A stretch of 64,000 nucleotides of DNA from an uncultured Verrucomicrobiae bacterium (GTDB lineage Bacteria; Verrucomicrobiota; Verrucomicrobiia; Chthoniobacterales; Terrimicrobiaceae), in assembly GCA_963706955.1 (NCBI GenBank), contig CAVPOC010000001.1:64001-128000 (forward strand), read 5' to 3'. Numbering within the stretch: position 1 is the stretch's first letter; each line of letters starts with the position of its first letter. Shown here in pieces: positions 20,263-29,832 of the stretch. Position numbers and translations under genes: made by a program. The notes beneath the pieces were generated by a model. It made no database searches. It was not told the DNA's origin and saw only the letters and a list, made by a program, of their open reading frames with translations.

Positions 20263-20681
20263 GGCGCGGATTCCGGTATGGTAAAAACGTCCTGAACGCG
20301 ATCGGTGCCCCAATAGGATGCTTCGGCAATTGGTCCGTCCTCGTTCGAAACTTGCAGGTGCACGGCAGCGTGCTGGGTGCCCCGCCATGTCGCCTTGACT
20401 ACCAAATCTGCCGGAGAGCTCGAAGGCAATCGGAGCGTCCCCGAATAGCTGCCTTGCTGGTCTTCCGAAACGAGCTCTTGCCCAAGATAACTCACGCGGA
20501 TGGAGTCGGCGGTGGGTGCACTGACAATTTCAAGCGTCAATTGTCGCTCAGCCTGCATTGGAGGAGCTGGCTTCGGGTGAGTGGTAGGTGCGTCAGATCG
20601 CATCAGGCGCCATACCGGGATAGCTGCCAAAGCGAGGGCAATGGTCATAAGTGCAAACCGAAGCCAGGGCGTGCCGCGCAT
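20259..20681 (-). CDS. Hypothetical membrane-anchored beta-rich protein (140 aa)
   Basis: MRGTPWLRFALMTIALALAAIPVWRLM TM, Pro-rich linker, beta-rich domain; coupled to the ABC ATPase by a GTGA overlap. Confidence 0.7.
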   Translation of the reverse strand: MRGTPWLRFALMTIALALAAIPVWRLMRSDAPTTHPKPAPPMQAERQLTLEIVSAPTADSIRVSYLGQELVSEDQQGSYSGTLRLPSSSPADLVVKATWRGTQHAAVHLQVSNEDGPIAEASYWGTDRVQDVFTIPESAP

Positions 20682-20797
20682 CGAAATTCTAGTTTTGCGC
20701 CTCCGCGACAATTTCCAGCGCCCCGAGCACGGCACCGATTGATTCACGCACCGGAAGAGCCGTGGCCATCCGCAAGAAATTGGCTGCCTCGACGCGA

Positions 20798-20816
20798 AAT
20801 GCAAGTCCATTGCATT
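20798..20816. promoter_or_regulatory. Palindromic operator candidate (metal-regulator-like)
   Basis: AATGCAA-GTCCA-TTGCATT, about 115 bp upstream of the metal ABC operon. Confidence 0.5.
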
Positions 20817-21130
20817 AAAATGATCGACCCTTGCGGAAAACACTTGGTCGCGGTATATGCGCGTTTGACTTCTGGAATTTTCTGCTGTGGTATCGATTGG
20901 GCCATGGTTAAGAAAAGGCCTCTTCCCCGAGGCACCGGATGAATGTCTCTGCCAACACACCAAAGCGTCAGTTCATTACGTCCTTCCGGGCGCGGACCCT
21001 CTACTTACATGACGGCGACCTCGCCCGATCGGGCTTGCATCTCTGTTCAGCAGCGCGTCCTCCTGACGCTTCTCGGCTGGCATGATCAGAGGTCCAGTCG
21101 CAAGAATCCACAATTCCTGAACCGTTCTGT

Positions 21131-22960
21131 ATGAAAAAAATCATTGCTGTCACCTCCTGTCCTACTGGCATTGCGCACACCATAATGGCGGCGGAAGCGC
21201 TCAAAAAGGTCGCTACTTCTCTGGGTCATCAAATCAAGGTTGAGACCCAGGGCTCGGCGGGCAAGAAAGGGGTTTTCACAGAGGAGGATATTGCCAACGC
21301 CGATGTCGTCATCTTGGCGACTGATATCCGAATCGAGCCGGCACGATTTGCGGGCAAGCCAGTTTTGGAAACATCCACCAGCGAGGCGATCCGCAACACC
21401 CGCGGAGTTATTGGGTCGGCGTTGGCACTGCTCCCGCCGGAGACGACTGCTGGAGTGCTAGCACAGGAAAAGGCACCCGCAGTTGCCGCTCTTAAACCAG
21501 CCGCGGCGCCTGCCGCCGCCGGCGCCGCTCCTGCTGCCTCGGTTGGCGGCAAACGATTCGTGGGCATCACCTCTTGCCCGACTGGCATTGCACATACCTT
21601 TATGGCAGCGGCAGCTCTCGAGAAGGCTGCCAAAGCCTTAGGTCACACCATTAAAGTGGAGACTCAGGGTTCGGTAGGGGCCAAGAACCAGCTGACGCCC
21701 GAGGATATTGCCGCCGCAGACGCGGTCGTCATCGCCGCCGAGACCAATGTTGACACCTCGCGGTTTGGCGGGAAGCGCGTCTACATGACGGGCACCAAAC
21801 AGGCGATGCACGCCGGTAAAGACGTCCTTACGAAAGCCCTCGAGGAGCCGATCGGGGATGCGGGTGGTGGGGCAGGCGGCGACCTCGCCGGAGCGGTCGA
21901 AAAAGCCAAAGCCGCGCGAGCCAAAGCGCGAACCGGCCCGTACAAGCATTTGATGACCGGGGTCTCCTATATGCTCCCATTAGTCGTTGCCGGCGGCTTG
22001 GCGATCGCGCTGGCCTTCGCCATTGGCGGGATCCAGGAGGGCGCATATCCTGAGGGAACGCTCCCGGCCGCACTCATGAAAATCGGGGGAGACACAGCTT
22101 TTCGCCTCTTCATCGCGGTATTTTCTGGCTTTATCGCCTATTCGATAGCGGATCGACCCGGCATTGCCCCCGGCTTGGTTGGCGGGTTTCTGGCGCAGTC
22201 GCTCGGTGCTGGCTTCATTGGTGGAATTTTTTCAGGATTTCTGGCGGGCTATTTCACGAAGTTTCTCGCGGATAAGATTCGCCTGCCGGCAACCCTGGAA
22301 GGATTGAAGCCGGTGTTGATTTTGCCGTTTCTCTCGACCCTGGGAATCGGCCTCTTGATGATCTATTTGATCGCTCCGCCGGTGAAATGGCTCAACGATG
22401 CGATGAATGCATGGCTTCTCGGCATGCAAGGCGCGAACGCTGTTGTTCTCGGCATCATCCTGGGGGCGATGATGGCGTTTGACATGGGCGGGCCGATCAA
22501 CAAGGCGGCCTATGCTTTCGCGGTCGGACTCCTCGCGAGCAAGATCTACGCACCGATGGCGGCAGTAATGGCAGCGGGAATGACGCCGCCTCTCGGCCTG
22601 GCGCTGGCATGCTTCCTGTTCAAGAACAAATTCGACCTCGAGGAACGAGAAGCGGCGGGGCCGGCTCTGGTCCTGGGAATATCCTTCATTACGGAGGGAG
22701 CGATTCCGTTTGCCGCCAAGGACCCGATTAGGGTCATTCCAGCGCTGATTGCGGGCTCTGCGGTCGCTGGGGCCATCTCAATGGTCAGCAACGTGCAGCT
22801 TCTCGTTCCGCACGGCGGAATCTTCGCGTCCCTCATTCCTGGCGCGGTCACCAATCTCCTTGCCTATGGGATTGCGATCATCGCGGGAACTGTCGTGACC
22901 GCGGGGGTGCTTTTCTTCCTCAAGCGTCCCATCACCGAGCCGATGCCCGCCCTGGCCTGA
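21131..22960 (+). CDS. fruA: PTS fructose-specific EIIB-EIIB-EIIC
   Basis: Two CPTGIAHT..KVETQGS IIB domains; IIC motifs HLMTGVSYMLP.VVAGG, FDMGGPINK, FITEGAIPFA, PHGG. Confidence 0.95.
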   Translation: MKKIIAVTSCPTGIAHTIMAAEALKKVATSLGHQIKVETQGSAGKKGVFTEEDIANADVVILATDIRIEPARFAGKPVLETSTSEAIRNTRGVIGSALALLPPETTAGVLAQEKAPAVAALKPAAAPAAAGAAPAASVGGKRFVGITSCPTGIAHTFMAAAALEKAAKALGHTIKVETQGSVGAKNQLTPEDIAAADAVVIAAETNVDTSRFGGKRVYMTGTKQAMHAGKDVLTKALEEPIGDAGGGAGGDLAGAVEKAKAARAKARTGPYKHLMTGVSYMLPLVVAGGLAIALAFAIGGIQEGAYPEGTLPAALMKIGGDTAFRLFIAVFSGFIAYSIADRPGIAPGLVGGFLAQSLGAGFIGGIFSGFLAGYFTKFLADKIRLPATLEGLKPVLILPFLSTLGIGLLMIYLIAPPVKWLNDAMNAWLLGMQGANAVVLGIILGAMMAFDMGGPINKAAYAFAVGLLASKIYAPMAAVMAAGMTPPLGLALACFLFKNKFDLEEREAAGPALVLGISFITEGAIPFAAKDPIRVIPALIAGSAVAGAISMVSNVQLLVPHGGIFASLIPGAVTNLLAYGIAIIAGTVVTAGVLFFLKRPITEPMPALA

Positions 22961-23001
22961 TCACACGATCCAAACGAATCCTCCACTAGAGAACTCGACC
23001 C

Positions 23002-25470
23002 ATGATTCAACTCACGCCTCAAAACATCAGGATTGGTGCTCGCGCCGGAAGTAAGAACGAAGCCATTCGCGCGGCAGGGCAGGTCCTTGTCGAATCCGGC
23101 TTCATCGAACCCGGCTACATCGAAAGTATGATCGGGCGGGAAGGTCAGGCGAACACCTATTTGGGCAATGGTATTTCTATCCCGCACGGCATGGCCAAGG
23201 ATCGCGAGCTGATCCGAGCCACTGGCATTTCCGTCGTCCAGTTGCCTGAAGGAGTAGAGTGGGGACCAGGAAAAGTCGCTCACCTCATTGTGGGGATCGC
23301 TGCCAAATCTGATGAGCACTTAGGGGTGCTCGCGGCGCTGACGGACGTGCTCGATGACCCGGCCCAGGCCGAACTCCTCGCGAAAACCAAGGACGCCAAC
23401 GACATCATCGCAGGATTGAGCCGCGAAACGGGGCAGCCAAGCGCTGAGCCGGAGGGCGTTCCACCGCCGCCGGGAGCGCACCACGTCGATGCTAAGATCG
23501 TGGGCAGCGCCGGGATGCATGCACGACCGGCCACGGTGTTCTCGGATCTTGCCACCCAGTTCGAATCGGATATTCGCGTTCAATATGGCACCAAGATCGC
23601 GAACGGAAAATCGATGGCAGCCATTCTCAAGCTCGGCACTCCCGGCGGGCAGTCGATCCGTATTATTGCCTCGGGTCCCGACGCCGAAGCGGCCTTAAAG
23701 GCGCTCAAGGAGGCCGTTGATAGTGGACTTGGCGATGTCGAGGAAACCAGAGAAGTGATAACCGAGGCGGACAAATGGGTTCCCGTGTCGGGCGGCCATG
23801 CCCTGACGGGGGTGTCGGCTTCCCCAGGGATCGCGATCGGTCCCGTCTATCAGTTCCAGACGACTCACATCGTCATCGAGGATAAGCCTGGTGACCCCGA
23901 ATCCGAGAAGCTGGCTCTTAAGCGCGCCATCGCGACCGCGAACGAGCAAATAACGGACATCTATGACCAAGTCTCAAAGCAGTCGGGCAAAGGTCAGGCG
24001 GCTATTTTCCGCGCGCACTTGGCGCTCCTGAACGACGCAGAAATCTTTCAAGAGGTCGCCACGCACGTCGATTCCGGCCACAGTGCGGCTTGGTCGTGGC
24101 AACATGCCATTGAACGTCGTTCGATGGAGTTAAAGCAAATCGAGAACGAGCGGCTCGCCGAGAGAGCTGCGGACCTCCACGACATCGGCCAGCGCGTCTT
24201 GCGTCTGCTCGCGGGCGCCGAGCACGGGGCGCCACGCTTGCCCGATCATCCTGTTATCCTCGTCGCCGATGACTTGACTCCCTCGGATACCGCCCAACTC
24301 GATCCAAAGCGCATCCTCGGGCTTTGCACCGCCTCCGGCGGGCCGACGGCGCACACGGCTATCATCGCGCGGTCGCTCGACATCCCCTGCGTCGTGGGCT
24401 CCGGCGCCGCAGTCTTGGAAGTCACCTCCGAGCGGACCTGTATCCTGGATGGTTCCGCTGGTAAACTCTACATCGAGCCGAACGCGGAAGACGTCGAGGC
24501 TGCCAAGCGCTTCCAGGTCGATCTCGGGAATCGCCGAAATGAAGAATATGCGACGCGTTACGAACCTGCAGTCTTCACCGATGGGCATCGCGTCGAAGTC
24601 GTCGGCAACATTGGGAAGGCAGCCGAAGCAGCTGCCGCAGTCGAGGCCGGTGCCGAGGGCATTGGATTGATGAGAACGGAATTTCTTTTCCTGGACCGGG
24701 AGACGCCGCCGTCCGAGGATGAGCAGTTTGAAGCCTATAGCGAGATGACCCGCGCGCTAAACGGTCTCCCGTTGATCTTGAGGACGCTGGACATCGGCGG
24801 AGACAAGATCGCTTCCTACATCTCCCTGGCAAAAGAGGAAAACCCTTTCTTGGGGGTCCGTGGAATCCGTCTCTGCTTGCGGCAGCCCGGGATCTTTCTG
24901 CCGCAATTGCGGGCCATTTATCGGGCGTCGACCACGGGGCCGATCAAGATCATGTTCCCCATGATCAGCACTCTCGAAGAACTTCATGAGGCCAAGCAAG
25001 TGGCGGAGCAAGTCAGGCAGGAACTCGGAGTAGCTCCGGTGGAAATCGGCATCATGGTCGAGGTTCCTTCCACCGTTCTGATGGCGGCAGAGTTTGCCAA
25101 GCACGTCGATTTCTTTTCCATTGGAACGAACGACCTCACCCAATACACGCTGGCGATGGATCGCATGCACGCGGCGCTCGCCAAGAATGTTGACGGTCTG
25201 CATCCGGCCATCTTGCGCATGATCGATATGACGGTTCGGGCGGCAAAGGGCGCCGGCAAGTGGGTCGGCGTCTGCGGTGGGGTTGCCGGTGACCCGCTCG
25301 GCGCGGCGATCCTCAGCGGACTCGGGGTAACTGAGTTGAGCATGAGCCTGCCGAGTATCGCGGCAGTGAAATCCTCGCTGCGAAAAATCAAGCGAGCTGA
25401 TGCGGAGAATTTGGCCCGTCGAGCCTTGGCGTGCTCAACCGCTGCCGAAGTGCGGCAACTTAACCACTGA
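23002..25470 (+). CDS. fruB: Multiphosphoryl transfer protein (EIIA-HPr-EI fusion)
   Basis: EIIA GISIPHG; HPr GMHARPA and NGKS; EI GGPTAHTAIIARS, RTLDIGGDK, FSIGTNDL, GVCG. Confidence 0.95.
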   Translation: MIQLTPQNIRIGARAGSKNEAIRAAGQVLVESGFIEPGYIESMIGREGQANTYLGNGISIPHGMAKDRELIRATGISVVQLPEGVEWGPGKVAHLIVGIAAKSDEHLGVLAALTDVLDDPAQAELLAKTKDANDIIAGLSRETGQPSAEPEGVPPPPGAHHVDAKIVGSAGMHARPATVFSDLATQFESDIRVQYGTKIANGKSMAAILKLGTPGGQSIRIIASGPDAEAALKALKEAVDSGLGDVEETREVITEADKWVPVSGGHALTGVSASPGIAIGPVYQFQTTHIVIEDKPGDPESEKLALKRAIATANEQITDIYDQVSKQSGKGQAAIFRAHLALLNDAEIFQEVATHVDSGHSAAWSWQHAIERRSMELKQIENERLAERAADLHDIGQRVLRLLAGAEHGAPRLPDHPVILVADDLTPSDTAQLDPKRILGLCTASGGPTAHTAIIARSLDIPCVVGSGAAVLEVTSERTCILDGSAGKLYIEPNAEDVEAAKRFQVDLGNRRNEEYATRYEPAVFTDGHRVEVVGNIGKAAEAAAAVEAGAEGIGLMRTEFLFLDRETPPSEDEQFEAYSEMTRALNGLPLILRTLDIGGDKIASYISLAKEENPFLGVRGIRLCLRQPGIFLPQLRAIYRASTTGPIKIMFPMISTLEELHEAKQVAEQVRQELGVAPVEIGIMVEVPSTVLMAAEFAKHVDFFSIGTNDLTQYTLAMDRMHAALAKNVDGLHPAILRMIDMTVRAAKGAGKWVGVCGGVAGDPLGAAILSGLGVTELSMSLPSIAAVKSSLRKIKRADAENLARRALACSTAAEVRQLNH

Positions 25471-25476
25471 GCATCC

Positions 25477-26404
25477 ATGTCCAACAACCGGTACGAGTGC
25501 CTTGCGATCACCTTGAACCCTGCGATCGATCGCACGATCACGATCCAAAATTTCCAGGCAGGAAAGGTTAACCGAGTTCAGAGCGAGTATTCGAACGCCG
25601 GAGGCAAAGGTGTTAATGTGGCTTCCTCACTCGCAGATGCGGGTCACAGAGTTGCCGTTACCGGTTTTCTTGGCCGAGAAAACGTCACCTTGTTCGAGCG
25701 GCTTTTCGCGCGCAAACGCATTTCCGATTACTTCGTGCGGTTGGATGGAGAGACGCGCGTTGGGATCAAGATTACAGATCCTGTGCAGAAGGAGACAACC
25801 GATATCAATTTTCCAGGGGCGGAGCCGCTTCCCAGCGATATGACCTCTCTACGGGCTACTATCGAACAGACTGACGCGGAATGGTTTGTGATCGCCGGTA
25901 GTCTTCCACCAGGGGTCGAAACAACCATTTACCGCGATCTCACCCAAGCATTAAAGGCGCAAGGTCGCAACGTCGCTTTGGATACCAGCGGAGAGACGCT
26001 GAACCACGCGATCGAAGCACTGCCCGCGTTCATCAAGCCCAACATCCATGAGCTGGAGGGGCTGGTAGGTCGGGAGCTCTCCAGCCGTGACGAGGTCGCG
26101 GCTGCGGCACGCGAGCTGGTATCGCGAGGAATCGATACAGTCGTAGTATCGATGGGAGAAGAGGGGGCTTGTTTTGTCAGCGAGGAGGGAGTTCTTTTCG
26201 CGACACCACCTTCCATTGAGGTCCGCAGTACCGGTCGGCGCCGGGGATGCGATGGTTGCAGGGGTTCTGTCGGGCAAGCTGCGCAGGCTCTCTCTTGCCG
26301 AGATGGCTCGGCTCTCAACGGCTTTTTCCGTCCGCGCCATCGGCAAGTTCGAAGGCGAAGTATCCATTGACGAAATTGCACAGAAGGTCAGCGTGCGCAG
26401 CTGA
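25477..26404 (+). CDS. fruK: 1-phosphofructokinase (frameshift near 26234)
   Basis: TLNPAID, AGGKGVNVA, IKPN..EL. Removing one G restores STVGAGDAMVAG. Confidence 0.92.
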
Positions 26405-26405
26405 G

Positions 26406-26431
26406 GTAGTGGCGGCGTCCTTATCGCCGCG
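26406..26431 (+). repeat. GTAG-type REP, degenerate
   Basis: GTAG-TGGCGGCG-TCCT-TATCGCCGCG directly after the fruK stop; same family as 35646. Confidence 0.5.
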
Positions 26432-26546
26432 ATGCGCTTCCAGGCCCACTTTGCCGGAGCGAGCTGTTGTCGGAAATGAATTCTCACACGCAGAACGCAC
26501 CGTTTCAGCTTGATTGATGCCCGTGCAAACGGGACCTTCCGCCGCG

Positions 26547-27449
26547 ATGAATCGAAGCATCGTTGGCCTGCTTGGAGTTTTGATTCTCGCAGGTTGCGCC
26601 ACGCACGAGCCCGCGCCGGTCCCGGTGCGCAGAGCAGAACTTTGGCGCTCGCCAGTCGCCGACTCGCCGCCCGGCGCAAGTCAGGTATGGCCTTCACAAG
26701 CGCCGGCCATCCACGCGCGTGCGGCGATCATGATCGACGCGCGAAGTGGGCTCACACTTTATCAGAAGCATGCCGATGCTCACATTCAAGTTGCGAGCAC
26801 CCAAAAATTGCTCACCGCATTGATCATCCTCAGGCGCGGAAACCTTGATGGACGTCTCGTCGTGGCGGTGCCGGACACCTATGTAGAACCGTCCAAACTT
26901 GGGCTGCGCCCCGGGCAGGCCTATTCGCGGCGGATGTTGCTATCTGCCATGATGGTGAAGAGTGAAAATGACGCCGCCGCCGCGCTGGCTCGCGATCATT
27001 CGGGAAGCGTTCCTGCTTTCGCCGCTAACATGAACAACGCCGCCTGGCAGCTTGGCGCCCACAACTCCCATTTTGCCAATCCCCACGGGCTTCCAGCCTA
27101 TCAATACTCAACGGCCCGCGACATGGCACGAATTGCGTTCCGAGCCTATCGGGAACCGTTCCTGCGTCGCTTGATGAACAGCCGCTACTACACGTTCGTC
27201 TACTCCAGCGGCCGGACAACGACTTTGGAAAACACCAACAAGCTTTTGGCGCGCTCGGCGATGTTCAACGGCATGAAAACCGGCTATACCTTTGCCGCCG
27301 GACGCTGTCTGATCTCCAGCGCCGCGGCCGGCGGACGCGAGGTAATCTTGGCCCAATTTGGAAGCAAGACGCGCTACATTTTTGACGATGCAGAACGGAT
27401 GATGCGCTGGGGGCTCAGCCACGGGCGCTTTCTGAACCTTTCCTACTGA
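26547..27449 (+). CDS. D-alanyl-D-alanine carboxypeptidase (peptidase S11), lipoprotein
   Basis: Lipobox LAGC; SxxK (STQK), SxN (SEN), NPHGL, KTG. Confidence 0.92.
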   Translation: MNRSIVGLLGVLILAGCATHEPAPVPVRRAELWRSPVADSPPGASQVWPSQAPAIHARAAIMIDARSGLTLYQKHADAHIQVASTQKLLTALIILRRGNLDGRLVVAVPDTYVEPSKLGLRPGQAYSRRMLLSAMMVKSENDAAAALARDHSGSVPAFAANMNNAAWQLGAHNSHFANPHGLPAYQYSTARDMARIAFRAYREPFLRRLMNSRYYTFVYSSGRTTTLENTNKLLARSAMFNGMKTGYTFAAGRCLISSAAAGGREVILAQFGSKTRYIFDDAERMMRWGLSHGRFLNLSY

Positions 27450-28249
27450 TCGGCGCGCGCCGCTGCGAGAACCTGATCGAGGATGACCTCGGCCATCATG
27501 GGTTCGGTGCCAATCGCGCTGGCGTAAAAGAGCCTCTTGCCATGCAGCAAGTAAGGGTTGCGCCGAAACACTCCGCCCTGGCTCGCGGCGGAGCCGGACT
27601 CCGTTCCAATTCCGATGAGAACAGGAATGTCCTGAAAGCTGTGAAGACCATCCGCGATAAAAAACGGCACGATGACAACATTGGGTTGCTGGGAAATTTC
27701 GTGCCAATCTGAGATCAGAGGGGGCTCCTCCATGTAAGAGGAGACCACTTGGGCGTAGTCGCCAATGGCACGAATGCGCGCCGCCTGTTCTTTCGCCGCT
27801 CTTGCCGAATTGTCATTGAGGTCAGTGCCATGTCCGACAATGAACAGGCTCGTCAGTTCGGGAGGGACGTCGGGGGCTACCTGGCGGGCGCGATGAAGGA
27901 GCACTTCCGTCATTCGCGGGTGGCTGCCCACCGGATCGCAATAGTAGATTTCTCTTCCATCGCGCCGGGTTAGGCGATCCTGCAGTTCCAACTCCCGCGG
28001 AATGACTGTCTGGGTAAAATATCCCTCGCTGATAAAGACGGGGACAATATAGATCTTGGCGCTTCCGATCATGCGCAACACCTCGCGCATCGACGGCTCT
28101 TCTTTCCAAAAGCAGCTATGCACCTCGCGAAAGATTCCACGCGTCCGCAGTGAGCGCGCATGGGCATGCGTCGGGGCACTGGAATCGGGATTCAATGTCG
28201 AGCCATGCCCGACTAGAACCAGGGCACAATCTGAAAACGACTGCGTCAC
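27443..28249 (-). CDS. CbiX/SirB-family chelatase-like protein with two CbiX domains
   Basis: LVLVGHGS...FWKEEP...VPVFISEGYF and IVGHGT...YMEEPP...VPFFIADGLHS. Confidence 0.85.
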   Translation of the reverse strand: MTQSFSDCALVLVGHGSTLNPDSSAPTHAHARSLRTRGIFREVHSCFWKEEPSMREVLRMIGSAKIYIVPVFISEGYFTQTVIPRELELQDRLTRRDGREIYYCDPVGSHPRMTEVLLHRARQVAPDVPPELTSLFIVGHGTDLNDNSARAAKEQAARIRAIGDYAQVVSSYMEEPPLISDWHEISQQPNVVIVPFFIADGLHSFQDIPVLIGIGTESGSAASQGGVFRRNPYLLHGKRLFYASAIGTEPMMAEVILDQVLAAARADQ

Positions 28250-29403
28250 TCGAGAAGTTCTCGGCAGACCTTCGCTGCGTCAAAATGAGTTTGAGCGTAG
28301 GCGCGTGCCGCCGCGCAATGGTGAGAATAGTTGCGTGCGACCCTCTCAATTGCGTCAGCAGCTTCCGCCGGAGTTGAAAATCGGAGAGCCCCATCTCCCG
28401 ATGGCAAATGGTTGCTCCAGCCAGTATCCTGAACCACTACTGGCTTGCCGGCAGCTAGGTAGCAGGCACTCCGGCAACTGAACCAACCGCTGAGCGACTT
28501 GACATAACCATTTTTGGCAATGCTCCATTCGCCTTTGGAGTTGCTCAGGAAATCGTGATAGCTCGCGTAGTCCGGGACGTGGACGTCTGGCTCAATGATT
28601 CTCCACCCTAACGACTCCAGGTAAGCGGTGGGTCGGTTCCTTCCCGGTCCCTGCCCCATGGCGAGCACGAACTTTTCCGAGGTGAGGGCCGGGAGTGTCA
28701 TGAATTTCTCAAACTCGATATCTTTCTGACCGTATGTCTCCCCTCCAAACTCCTCTGGTTTGTAGCTCGCCCAATTCATTACGGTCGTCCACGCTCCGGT
28801 GGCATGGTGGTCGGCTTGCAGAGGTATGAGGGTTTGTTCCCACCAGTCGAGGGCGATCGGCTGAACCGTGGGGCGCCACTCAATGCCGGTGAGCGGAATT
28901 TTGCATCCTGATTTTCCAATATTTAGGCCAAAGGTAAAGTGGCGTTCATGAGCGCGCACGCGATCAAGGTATCCGCGTTCTACGGTCAGCCGAATGTGCG
29001 TAAACATCGGATCTCCATCGAGAAATAGCTTCGTCTTAATTCCAGCGGTAACCGGCCGAAGCCAGCAGGCGCCCGAAACGTTCACAAGAACGTCAGCCTC
29101 GGCGATCGTCTTCTCGGCCATTCTCTGGTCCGTGATGCCGTAGTATTTGCCGTCTGCTTCGTTTCGATAGATCCAGCGATCACCCATATCGAACATCCGC
29201 ATGATCCGCTCTAAGTAGTTGACATTGTGCGTACAATCTGCACTCGGTTCTTCCTTCACCGGATCGTAAGCCCAGGTGGCCGAGTCCTCCAGGTACCAGA
29301 CATCGTGACCTAATGCGCGGAACCCAAGGGCGTATTGAATGTAGTCCCAGGTGACCCCGCCAAAGGCATATTGCCCGATCAGTCCGCTTACCAAAACACG
29401 CAT
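28246..29403 (-). CDS. Putative GT-B-fold glycosyltransferase-like protein
   Basis: GGVTWDYIQY..G.RALGHDV, DGDPMFT, GWFSCRSACYLAAGKPVVVQDTG, YAQTHFDA. Confidence 0.65.
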   Translation of the reverse strand: MRVLVSGLIGQYAFGGVTWDYIQYALGFRALGHDVWYLEDSATWAYDPVKEEPSADCTHNVNYLERIMRMFDMGDRWIYRNEADGKYYGITDQRMAEKTIAEADVLVNVSGACWLRPVTAGIKTKLFLDGDPMFTHIRLTVERGYLDRVRAHERHFTFGLNIGKSGCKIPLTGIEWRPTVQPIALDWWEQTLIPLQADHHATGAWTTVMNWASYKPEEFGGETYGQKDIEFEKFMTLPALTSEKFVLAMGQGPGRNRPTAYLESLGWRIIEPDVHVPDYASYHDFLSNSKGEWSIAKNGYVKSLSGWFSCRSACYLAAGKPVVVQDTGWSNHLPSGDGALRFSTPAEAADAIERVARNYSHHCAAARAYAQTHFDAAKVCRELLE

Positions 29404-29832
29404 GGCACCAATTCCCGCCGTCGATCTGCGCCGATTCTTGCCGAACTCGCTTCTTCTAGGATCTCCCCACTGGAAAAAACGGTCATCAACGTCCGATTCA
29501 TCCCAACCCCACTAGTTTGCGGCAAACGGCAATCGCGACCATCTCATCGGTCGTCTCCCGTGATCAACTCGCAAACGGAGAAATATTTTTGGGCTCTTCT
29601 CGAAAACGAAGCCCGATCCAACGCACGGAAATATCGCCAATTTGTGCGTCGGCACCACGTAGATAATAGATTAATGATAACAGACTTACGTGTAAAACCG
29701 AAGGCCCCGTTTTTTTTGACATTTTTTGAACGCTCCTCCATGCGAACTGTCTAAGTGGTTAACCTCATTAAGTAACTTAATTTTTGCAACCTGGCACTTT
29801 ACCAAAAACGTATTAGTTAAGAGGATTAAACG

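Noticed and set aside
21117..21129. CTGAACCGTTCTG as a Cra/FruR operator before fruA
   Set aside because: Spacing and right half do not fit TGAAnCGnTTCA, and no LacI-family gene is nearby.
20352..21134. ORFs 20352-20942 (+), 20943-21134 (+) and the long N-terminal extensions of 20259-20963 and 19534-20388
   Set aside because: They are antisense to or overlap better-supported genes, or lie in promoter DNA; their composition is not protein-like.
21146..21680. Duplicated DNA segments at ~21150 and ~21570
   Set aside because: Explained by the tandem IIB domains of FruA.
29650..29790. Possible dif site or replication origin in the AT-rich stretch
   Set aside because: No XerC/XerD consensus or DnaA-box cluster was recognisable.
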